Assembly (NCBI GenBank): GCA_048128005.1
Contig: JBEUKZ010000060.1
Location: 1-64,000 of the forward strand
Reading direction: 5' to 3'
DNA length: 64,000 nucleotides
DNA from: Veleropilina oligotropha
Lineage: Eukaryota
Below are positions 1-9,820 of this stretch, one piece after another (the first letter of the stretch is position 1; every line of letters begins with the position of its first letter). A program made the translations under genes and the position numbers. The notes under the pieces were generated by a model. The model was not told the origin of the DNA, did not search any database, and worked only from the letters and a program-made list of their open reading frames with translations.

Positions 1-1454
1 TCATTATTCAAGAGACACCAAGGAGTCGTAGAAAAGGGTAGGTATGCTGCACAAATTTCTCTATTACTAAAAATCCACTGGCTGGCTGTATTAAGTCAAC
101 GATAGTTTAGTCTTCCTCTCATAATAATACAGACATGGCATATTATGATTTCGTTGTTAACACCGGACAATACAGACTTTGATTATTTACAAGTGTTGTG
201 TCACATGTATCACTTTTTAATTAGTAACAAATAAGCTGGAAGATGAAATTAAAGTTTCTTCTCCAAAACTTATTTGTTTTGAATTGAGTCTAGATATCCA
301 GTGTGGCCACGAATCCTGTGGAGTGTTCTTCAATATTATCAGTCACGGTATATTACCATCATAAGCGAATGTTTTTCCCTGACACAATACACCATAGCTG
401 TTAAAGTGGCACTCTGAAGAGCTGCCGATGGTATTTGAACCCACTCTTGTCTTGCTAGCGCTGTCCATACCAAAACCCACTGCATCAGCAAGAGTTTCAA
501 AGACAGCATGTTCACATACAATAAGCCCTAAACAATATCAAGCAACAAGGCATGCATGCAGTACCATGGAATCTTGTAGCATTTGTGCTTAATGAACTGG
601 ATGATGAAATGACAAGACCACATTTTAATATTAACTGTGTTAACTGGCTTTGTTTTGTGAATTTTGTCACTGTGTACTTTGTAGAAACAAGAAGTATATT
701 TGATTATATAACTCATTAATGTAAAGTTGAGTTTATATGACTTTATATTTTAGTAAAATTGGAATGCAACTGCCGGGAATCTCGTCCCTACTATCCAGTG
801 ATGACATCGACAGTGACGGTATTGCAAAGCATGAATTTATATTATCATATCAAATTATTATTTTACAACATTAAACACTTTCATTAATAAATGATGAATT
901 TAACATTTATTTACCAATAATTATATTAAATTAACATGATATGGAACAAATGCATCAATATCAGTAAATCTATGAACACAATTTATGGTAAATGGATTCA
1001 ATTTATGAACCGATAAATATTTCGCCAAAAAGGCCTCTTCTTCTCAATGAAAATTCCACGTCCCAACAACAGGTAAACACATTTCTCTTTCAGTGGAAGC
1101 TCCTTCTTATAGACCACCAACTCACTCAACTTTCATGCAAAGTGCGCGCCTAGACTGTAAGTGTGCTGCTATATCAGTGTTGCATAAATTTGTGTTCATT
1201 ATTATTTACACCATTAATGTTTACTTTCATTCTTTATGATGACATAAAAATGAGAACGACTATTGGCAACACACCATAACATGCAACGAGATGTACTTGA
1301 TCTTTTATGTAGTGACACCTATTGCTAACAGTTATATGTTGTCTACATATTCTGTATCCATTTGCATGTTTGCGAACAAGACCAGTTATTATTTGTTTAT
1401 TGAAGTGGACTGCATGAATTACAGATAATGAATCATTAAGATGTTGTCTTTCAG

Positions 1455-4400
1455 GTTATTTGAATCTGATAGTGAGGAGAGTGAAAGAGAAGAAATTTGT
1501 GAAGGAATATCCGAAAGGTAATTAAGTGTATTGCATCCATAAATGATCATGCATAGATTAATACAATGTTTATTATATATAACATATTGATCTTTTATAT
1601 CCCCCTCAGATGTCCTTGATCAAATGGTTTGTTAGCCATATTGTATAAGGTGTGATGATAACCCTGCCATTTCTTATACTGTACGAGGAAACTTTTGGCA
1701 TACTGGATAAATCATTACTAACACACCATATTTCATTAAAAAATGTAGAGGCCACATCAGTAGACCGGTGTCCAGGTGTGTTGCTCCATATTTACTAGTG
1801 TAACATAAATTTGTTTTAGTAGTATAGGTGTAGCAGGTGCTTTATTTTTGTGATCATCTTATATCACCTTCATCAACATGATTAGTATTTGTCAGTGGTT
1901 GAATTGCTAGACAATATAATACAAAGAATAATCATAGCCATAAACCTATCATTTATTGGACAGCACCAGATCTACTGTCATTGCTTATGAATTCATATAA
2001 TGAAATGTATGTAAATAACATTGTATAAGTTACATATTTGCTGCATGAAATATGTTAATGATAATTCTTGTTTAAATGACATTATCAATTATTATTGCAG
2101 TGATCTTGAGGCCACAAACATAGATTTTAATGATCCCGACTGGACATTTCAATTGCAAGATAGAAACATCAAAATTGCAAAATCTCTGCGAGTACAGATG
2201 ACAAAACAACTGTGCATCGAGAGCAAAAAGTGTATCGCATACAATGTCTGTTTGGAAAAATTAGCTGTTGGATCTGAATGCCCAATCTGTCACAGTGATC
2301 TCAAATTTACTCAAGTGAAACGAGGTACATGTCTTTTACTTCAATGGGAATGCAGGGAAGATCCCAAACACATGAAGGGAAATTGGACATCGCAACCACG
2401 TCTGGAGGGAATGTATGCCGGGAACTTGCTGCTGCCAACATCATTACTGTTATCTGGAAACAATTACAGAAAGGTTTCCCTCATGGCAAAATTCTTCAAC
2501 CTTGGATTCTTTGCAGAATCTAACTTTTATAGGTATGTATTTCTTATTAACATTTTTGTCCTTATTCCAATTACAGCTATACTACATTCTGTTCATCAAA
2601 ATTAAAGAGAAATTGTCGCGGGCCTGAATTGAACCATGAAGCACAGCAAACGGTGTACTATGCACTAAACACAATGACACATGTAGAATTTCAAGAAAAT
2701 CTATAAATAATGCCGCATAGAAGGATGAAGAAATTGTGGTCTATAGGAAGCTTAACCAGCTTTTTGTTTCATGACCTTTTTTATTGGGATTTATTGTCCC
2801 GAAAACAGTAATGATCATTATTGAGATCTGCCAATAATTTTGCAGGAGGAATGTCTGTGATATTCAGTGAATACTTGGTGAAACCCACCCACCTATGGCC
2901 AATTAATGGCAACCATGACTGAAAACTCCTTAGTTGACTTCGACCAGAATCAAACTTGCACACATTGAATCAGTGCAGTCAGTGAGTGAGCAACGCTTTT
3001 GCCCACTCGACCATGAAGCCTGGTTCAGAGCCATATATCATTTGCAACCACGTGGATATCAGCTCCTTTTAGCCCATTTGGATGCTTGGTATATTTGATA
3101 GAATATCCAACAGGTTATTTTTATGTTTACAATCAGTGGTTTGTTTGAATATAGTGAATTCACATACATTTAATATATACAAATCATACAAATAAGACAG
3201 CAGGTTAAATTATATATAATAACACCATATTGAGCACACTGTTGTCAATATTTCAGAATTCAAGATAAGTATGTGATTCCAGCAATGGAGTCCTTTTGGA
3301 ATCAAATGAAAGGGGACATGTTGAACAGTAGCGATGAGCCACTAATACTAGCTGGTGATGGCCGGAACGACTCGCCAGGTCACTGTGCGCAGTATTGCAC
3401 ATATTCCTTGATGGATGTTACAAGCAAATCCCTCCTTACCCTGAAGGTAGTAGATCGGCGACAAAACAATCTGAACAGCTTCGTCATGGAGAAAAAAGGC
3501 TTTGATGATGCCATGGAAGAGATCATGAAGAAACGTCCGGTCTCAGAACTTGTTACTGACGCCCATGTGCAAATCAAGAGTGCTCTCAGTAAGTACTGTT
3601 TTTCATTGCTCTTACATTAGTTGATAAAGACCATTTGGTTTTTCCTGATTTTGCAGGTTTACAACAACTAGAGTTTTAGCCCATCTGCAGTTTTAGTATA
3701 TGCTGATGGGATTGTCATCATGCAAACTGTCAGTCCGCCGGCGTCAACTGGAATTAAGGAAAACTGTTATGACCAGAGATTTCACATTGTACGTTCCGGC
3801 TTATTGGGTGCAGAATTACATTCATGCACTTCTTGTAATGTAATTTAGAATGGACGAGAGGAAATTAATATTGGAATCAAGTGGTTATGATGGTACCGTA
3901 CATCATGTGCAATGTCAATTTAGCAAAGATTTATAAGATTTTATAAGATAAATTTCGTAAATTAATTATTTAGATGCAGTTAAATGGGGTTAAACTATAT
4001 TTTATTTCAGAAAAACAGGAAAGATACAATGACATCACCCACAAATTTGATGTTTGGCATGTCTGTAAAAGTCTCCTCAAGAAACTGGCAGCTGTGAGTA
4101 AACCAAACTCATGCTGCAAGGATGGAGTGTCTAGTTATTGAGAAATAGGAGCCATGATTGTCTGTTATTGATTTATAGGTTTTTTGTATTTATTATGCCA
4201 CCACAAACCAAGTTTAGGGGTTGGGGGCTTATAAGAGTCAGTTTGTCTGTCGGCCTGTTGCCAATTCTCACCATTTGACCTAGGGACACGAAACTTGATA
4301 TGTGGATGCGTATTAACCCAAAGGTGTCGCGTAACAAAAGTAGGTCACTGTGACCTGCTTTTCACACTTGACCACATTTTGTCCAAAATTCCCTTCCACT

Positions 4401-5275
4401 TCATATCTCCCATACTATTTGACCGAGAGACACGAAACTTGATATGTGCATGCGTCATAACCCAATGGCGTGTCGCATACTGAAAATAGGTCACTGCAAC
4501 CTACTTTTCACACAATCGCATTTCGTCCAAAATTCCCTTCCACTCCATATCTCCCATACTATTTGACCGAGAGACGCGAAACTTAATGTGTGCATGAATC
4601 ATAACCCAGAGGTGTGTTGCGTACATAAAGTAGGTCACCGTAAAGTTAACAAAATTCATTTCACTCAGCAAGTATATAGTGTGGGCATTTCATGTTCTGG
4701 TGAACATATGTCTAGTTGCCCTTCTTTTTATCTTGTCACCTCGGGATAGGCATGTATTATGATGTAAGGAAAGCAAAGATATCCACTCTTCTACGCTGTT
4801 TTGGATTCTTAACTTTGAAAATGGAATCGTACCCACACAGTTGAAAGATCGCTGCCAGCATCAGTGCAACTGATATAACTGAAATAAATAACATGCGTCT
4901 CTAGTACGTAACATCGACGGCCATGACTGAATTATAGAGTGTAGATCTCTAGATTGCAGGACTGTCTTCAAACCCCACTTTGGACAATTTCACTTGGGCA
5001 AGAAAACAAGCCCGTCCGTTCGGATAGAGACATTAAACCGGATGTTCCTACTGCAATACCAGTGAAACATTCTGAACATGATTCAATTCAAATCTAGTAT
5101 GTAACATAGTACTGTGATGCACCTCATACAAATGAGGCTAAACGTTGGATGTTGTGATTTATTTTAGGCTGGAAAGGAGAGAGGGGGTAAAGATCTGTTA
5201 CCTTGGATACCAGAAATAAAGAAACATTTATGGCATTGCTCGTCAGAATGTGCTGGTGATACGGCAAAACTGAAG
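1455..5275 (+). CDS. Spliced Kolobok-type DDE transposase, partial (start and 3' half not found)
   Basis: Exons 1455-1517, 2101-2532, 3257-3588, 4011-4093 and 5168-5275 have GT-AG introns and join in phase. Motifs WTSQP..GNLLL..SLLLSG, GDGRNDSPGHCAQYCTYSLMD, LVTDAH, FDVWH and LPWI..IKKHLWHC match this animal transposase family. No later exons were seen before the GC-rich island. Confidence 0.75.
4192..4717 (+). mobile_element. Helentron-associated non-autonomous element (HINE) with 3 x 144-bp internal repeats
   Basis: Starts TTATGCC, has a GTCT-type microsatellite, repeat units at 4273/4417/4561, and ends GGGCAT + short hairpin + CTAGTT. Confidence 0.6.
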
Positions 5276-5790
5276 GTCTGTTTAAATTTTTCTATTTCAT
5301 CTGCATTTATAAATCAGCTATGAACATATACTGTCTGGCACCAAATTGATGATTATTTGTCATAGCTGTTGAGAACTTGGAAAAGAAAATACAATTTATT
5401 AGAGAGCTCTGTCAGCACAAATCTTGATTAATTTAATTGTCTATGACGCCATGTATATGATGTATGAAGAAATGGAAAACAATAAACACCATGCCAATCA
5501 AATAGCGTTATATTGAAAATTGAAACATTAAAGGAAATGATGCCTCATAAAATGGGGACAACAATAGTCAACTTAAAAATCATAGAAATTACAGGATTCC
5601 ATGCAATCATAGCACTAAAATCAAACAAAAACATCCCCAATATGATCAATGATACTTAGGCATACTTAAACAATAGACAAGCTGGACAAATGACATATTA
5701 TTTTCAACCTTTCATTATTGGCATTACAATACAAATGTAGAATATGAATACAGATTTTGTGATACATTACAGGAAATGTGAACCAAATGT

Positions 5791-6693
5791 TTACATCATA
5801 TTTTTGATGGCTGATGGCAGATCAACTGGAGACGAGATGGCGTCTTCCACGTTCGACAGGTACTGTTTTTGCACGTCAAACGCCGTCCCACTACCCAGAA
5901 TGCTTGCACGTGTTTGAGCCTGCGCTCCAAGAATCGCCCAGACGTAGGTCCTGATGGAGTCATTGAGCCTCTCCACGCCGGCCTGGGTAAATCCCGCCGA
6001 TTTGTCCAGAATGAACGAAGCCCAGCCGTTTGTAAGCGCAGGCGCTTGCGCGATGTAGTCCACGTGCAGATTCGTGTTTGTCGTACCTTGTGTGAAGGAC
6101 ATTCGACTGGGATCATACTCACGTCCGATGGAGTGGTAGCCGTTGTTCGTCCAGTAGCTGTAAGCAGTGTCGAGCCCTTTATTGGGACCCTCAACTCGCC
6201 AGTCGGTGTGCGGAGACACTCCAAACTCGCTGCAGATCTTCTCATATGCCCTGCGGTCATACGGGTTGTCGAATGCATCCCACGTCGTGTCTTGTGGCAG
6301 CGGCGCCTGAATTTCGGACAAGATCCTTCTGATCTGATAGTAGACGTGGAAGGTGAATACGGCTCTGGAGAGGGGGTCGGTGGCATCCAAGTGGTCTTCT
6401 GAGGAGACCCCGGAACCTGTTGTAGCACACCAGACTGCGAAGTTGACCTTGTTCTGCCAAAACCGCATGGGCGTGCTGTTCCAATCCCGTAGTAGCCAGT
6501 CACTCGCGACGTGTGGGAGGCGATACTTTTGGAAGACGACGGGGTATGTTGCCCCGAATGCAGGATGGGGAGATTCAGACGCTGATACAATGACGCTCGG
6601 TCTTGTAAGCTGCTCATCTTTGATCTTTGCTGGGTACACCACACCGGTCGGATAGGCCGCACTCCTATTAAAAGAAAAGGGGATTTTAGCCAT
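5791..6693 (-). CDS. Conserved Polinton/adintovirus hypothetical protein, C-terminally truncated at the island edge
   Basis: 300-aa intronless ORF with NFAVWCATTGSGVS, FHVYYQIRRIL and GFTQAGVERLNDSIRTYVWAILGAQAQTR, recalled from invertebrate Polinton-like elements. The last codons (NMM*) come from AT-rich flanking DNA. Confidence 0.65.
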   Translation of the reverse strand: MAKIPFSFNRSAAYPTGVVYPAKIKDEQLTRPSVIVSASESPHPAFGATYPVVFQKYRLPHVASDWLLRDWNSTPMRFWQNKVNFAVWCATTGSGVSSEDHLDATDPLSRAVFTFHVYYQIRRILSEIQAPLPQDTTWDAFDNPYDRRAYEKICSEFGVSPHTDWRVEGPNKGLDTAYSYWTNNGYHSIGREYDPSRMSFTQGTTNTNLHVDYIAQAPALTNGWASFILDKSAGFTQAGVERLNDSIRTYVWAILGAQAQTRASILGSGTAFDVQKQYLSNVEDAISSPVDLPSAIKNMM

Positions 6694-6709
6694 ACCCGCG
6701 ACACGTGGT

Positions 6710-7373
6710 ATGTTTCACATGGTAACGAGTGTTCAAACGGGAACCGCGGTTGCCCTCCTGCAACCGATAGATAACCGGGAAGGACAGCTATGTGTCGGCT
6801 TGCGGTCGCTCGACTATTGGGTCGGCTGGCATAACGTACACGCTGGAGCCTTCTTCAAAACCCCCAATAACACCGTGTCCGTGGCACTCCGTTTCTACAG
6901 CTTCGATTCCCTCGCCAAGACTATGAAGAGGTCGCTAGTCCCCCCCCCCCATGCGGCTAGCTGTGTCTCATGCTACCGGACTCGCGCAACTCATTGTTCC
7001 AGATGGAACTCGACTCGAGATCAGCGATGATCTACTTAAACTCCTCGGCTTCAACCTTTCAGGGTGGCTACACCCTGGGACTTATGACGGGAACAAGCCC
7101 GTAGGGTTTGCCATTTCCGCGACCCTGCACGTTCATCTGGAGCAGCTCAGTACCTCATACAATGTGAAAGACGGCGCCCCGAGCAGTATTCTCGCGGTGG
7201 TCCCTATCACGTCGCAGATGTTCGGTGAAGCTGCCCACTATCAAAGTTATCCAGAATTCCGGCGACTGCAGGCCGGGCTACTCACAGAATTGAAGGTGTA
7301 CGTCACAGACTCAGACGGTAACCTGCTAGACAATCACGGTATGCCCATTTCTGCAGTCCTTGAGATACGATGA
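6710..7373 (+). CDS. Penton/minor capsid protein (single jelly-roll), frameshifted at a C11 run (6940-6950)
   Basis: ORFs 6710-7030 and 6951-7373 fuse into ~220 aa if one C is removed. Beta-rich pattern, with LLKLLGF, SSILAVVP and C-terminal ELKVYVTDSDGNLLDNHGMPISAVLEIR typical of Polinton pentons. Confidence 0.7.
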
Positions 7374-7717
7374 GCAGCATCTACGGGACCCTCCTTGCCG
7401 ATGAGCCTTCAGCGACCCGGTGGCACTTCGTTCTTAGTTGTGGAGAAGCAAGCAAGAAAGGGCTGGTGAGGAGGGAGTTTATACTTCCAAACACAGGCGG
7501 TCGGTTTGGGTCAAACCCAGACCTTCTAATGATCCACATGACGCCTGTCCAGCCGGCCGGGGGCAGCCCCAGGGCATGTTCTGTCAACAAAGTTGGCCTG
7601 GATTCGGAGAAGCTAACACTCGCCTTTGCCCTCAAGGCCCCATGGGTGAACACCCTCTATTTGAACGTCAAGGTAGACATTTTGAACCAACAGGCTGAAC
7701 AATACAGCCACGTATGA
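7370..7717 (+). CDS. Viral hypothetical protein (115 aa)
   Basis: Overlaps both neighbours by ATGA start/stop couplings (7370-7373 and 7714-7717). No recognisable domain. Confidence 0.6.
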   Translation: MSSIYGTLLADEPSATRWHFVLSCGEASKKGLVRREFILPNTGGRFGSNPDLLMIHMTPVQPAGGSPRACSVNKVGLDSEKLTLAFALKAPWVNTLYLNVKVDILNQQAEQYSHV

Positions 7718-8349
7718 TGGACAAACCCACGCCGCCATCAGCGCCAATGCTGTATCCACAACTTGATGGCAGGCCTGGCGAGCCGGAGGCACAGTCTTTC
7801 CGACTACAGAAGGTGAATGAGCTTCAGGGACAGCTAGAACGAGAGAGGGACACAAGGGCTGCCCTGTACAAGAAGTACCGAAGAGGCATGAATGTCGTCG
7901 ATGGGATAGATTCGGCCCTTGTCGTTGCCACCCTTGGAATGGGTAGCGCCGGAATTGGTCTACTGTCCACGATCGTTGCGGCACCTGTTGTACTAGTGCT
8001 GGAATTAGCGGCGTTGGGGTGTGGGCTCGCGAGTATGGGTGGAAAATACATTAGCCGCCGCCTCCAAGTGAAGGCTAAGAAGCACGACGAGATACGAGTA
8101 CTGGCCGAAAGCAAGCTGAACACCATCACTGACCACATCTCAATGGCCTTAGCGGATGGGGAGATGTCTGATGATGAATTCCAACTGGTCACAGACGAGA
8201 TGGGCAAATATCGGACAATGAAGGCCACCCTGCGTATCAAGAGTACAAAGGCGCACACCGCGGTGTCACAGACCCAAATCGAGCTTATTGAGCGTGGTCG
8301 TAAAGAGGGATGCGCCGAGCTGCTGAAAAAAATCGGAGTTGGCGAATAA
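7714..8349 (+). CDS. GasderminX-like adintovirus membrane protein
   Basis: FRLQKVNEL...LYKKYRR, then a Gly/Ala-rich double hydrophobic segment, then KAKKHDEIRVLAESKLNTITDHIS.AL.DG.MSDDEF, matching the adintovirus protein family called GasderminX. The N-terminus is PTPPSAPMLYPQL. Confidence 0.75.
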   Translation: MMDKPTPPSAPMLYPQLDGRPGEPEAQSFRLQKVNELQGQLERERDTRAALYKKYRRGMNVVDGIDSALVVATLGMGSAGIGLLSTIVAAPVVLVLELAALGCGLASMGGKYISRRLQVKAKKHDEIRVLAESKLNTITDHISMALADGEMSDDEFQLVTDEMGKYRTMKATLRIKSTKAHTAVSQTQIELIERGRKEGCAELLKKIGVGE

Positions 8350-8427
8350 CCATCCAGGTTAATCGTGGGGGGACTTCCCCCCTCCCCCGTATTAAAGCTA
8401 GCACTCAGACAGGGATGCGCCACAACC

Positions 8428-8832
8428 ATGAACTCCATGCTAATTCTGTGCATTGCCGCGGTGTCCTGGCCAGCGGGTGTCTCCCAGGCGTCGTCACACG
8501 ACACCGCACTGATTCTTGAACATACGTGGGCTAGGTACCGAAACCACCCCATGTATAACATCCGACTAGACCCCTTGCGGAGAAACTTGCTACGAGACCC
8601 CCCTCCAGTTCCCCCACCCTCGTGCCACTACTATGTTGTCGGGGATAATGACTGTGGCCCCGACCCAAATACTGTTGTTTGCGTCCAGTGTGAACAGCCC
8701 TCCCGATGTACGGGAAAACACGGGCATTATTTATCCATGCTATCTACCGGCTGCTTGGGTGCGTGGAGTCAAATAGGACACCTGTCGGCATGCAACTGCA
8801 CTTTAGCCACCGGGAACTACATATACATCTAA
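8428..8832 (+). CDS. Putative secreted cysteine-rich protein (134 aa), possibly cystine-knot cytokine-like
   Basis: ATG in CAACCATG context with TATTAAA about 35 nt upstream. Signal-peptide-like MNSMLILCIAAVSWPAGVSQA, an RR dibasic site, then a domain with 8 Cys ending ACNC. Confidence 0.6.
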   Translation: MNSMLILCIAAVSWPAGVSQASSHDTALILEHTWARYRNHPMYNIRLDPLRRNLLRDPPPVPPPSCHYYVVGDNDCGPDPNTVVCVQCEQPSRCTGKHGHYLSMLSTGCLGAWSQIGHLSACNCTLATGNYIYI

Positions 8833-8894
8833 CGGCTGCGGTAGTCCCCGCCCTCAAACACATTTTCCGGCTTCCCCCGCGCCTATTCATAGCC

Positions 8895-9820
8895 CGTTAG
8901 GCCATCTACTGTCGTTTCTCCCGCGTCTATTCATAGCCCGCTGCTCTTATCACCACACGCGTCTATTATTAGCCCGTTCAGCCGTCTACTGTCGTTGCTG
9001 ACCCAGATAAAAGTATTTTGTCAAGAGAGCTTCTGGCCGACCCAGAAAAAAAAAGCTGTGACCCAGAAAAAAGTTTCTGTCCAGGTAGAAAAGTTTTGGT
9101 CCAGAGTTTCTGGTCTAGACCGGAAACGCTGGACAGAAAAGGCCGGAAGTGCGTCATTATTAGGCCTATAGGCCTAATAATGTTGAGTCAGCCGGGATGA
9201 GTGGACAGTTTTTGTGTTGAGTCAGCCAGCGAGATACGCGACGCAACCAGGAAGCTACGGCTAATAATAGACGCGGGAGAGACAACAGCAGACGGCCGAA
9301 CGGGCCGGCGAGGGTAACGGGCCCAAGTCCCTAAGGGCTCGTACTACCAGCTCTGTTCAAATGGGCGTGAGGGTGGCCCCGGCCCCAGGGGGCCCAAATA
9401 GACTATTCTAAGCTACCCTAGTTTCGGACGGCGCTGGGAGGCTCCCCCCTCCCTGGAGTATTCTAAAGCGCCCTAGGGTAGTCATCGACGGGAGATAACA
9501 GCTATTGCCAACTCCCGCTCCAGACGGTGGCGGGAATCTCCGCGGCCCAAATAGACCATTCTAGGCTACCCTAGTTTCGGATGGCGCTGGCCCATTCTTA
9601 TAAAATGCCCCCCCTACCGACTATTCTAAGCTACCCTAGTTTCGGACGGCGCTGGGAGCCCCCCCGGCCGCCCGCCCCCCCCCCCCCTGGATTCTTCTAA
9701 AATACCCCCCCTGCTGACTATTCTAAGCTACCCGAGTTTTGGACAGCGCTGGGAGCCTCCCCGGGGGCCGGGGCCCCCTCCCTAGTTTATTTCAAAAACC
9801 CCTAGTCCCCCCCCCCCCCA
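8895..9820. repeat. Non-coding terminal region of the viral element with direct repeats, palindromes and poly-C runs
   Basis: Four copies of GACTATTCTAAGCTACCCTAGTTTCGGACGGCGCTGG at ~9401, 9554, 9619 and 9716. Perfect 28-bp palindrome at 9155-9182. Imperfect palindrome at ~9093-9140. 9258-9303 is inverted relative to ~8895-8998. Confidence 0.75.

Larger units (their letters stand above)
5803..9820. mobile_element. Endogenous Polinton/Maverick (adintovirus-like) fragment
   Basis: Abrupt switch to GC-rich, intronless, tightly packed ORFs including penton-like and GasderminX-like genes, followed by a non-coding end rich in repeats and palindromes. PolB, integrase, major capsid protein and ATPase are not in the window. 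Confidence 0.8.

Noticed and set aside
7824..8561. 245-aa minus-strand ORF (also 5869-6402 + and 7613-7984 -)
   Set aside because: Antisense shadows of GC-rich viral genes with no recognisable motifs.
9395..9760. CRISPR-like array of ~38-bp repeats
   Set aside because: Spacing is irregular (about 65-155 bp), spacers are low-complexity and partly similar to each other, and there are no cas genes.
5803..9820. Bacterial or phage contamination as the source of the GC-rich island
   Set aside because: The protein motifs fit eukaryotic Polinton/adintovirus genes and no Shine-Dalgarno pattern is evident. A misjoin cannot be excluded without reads.
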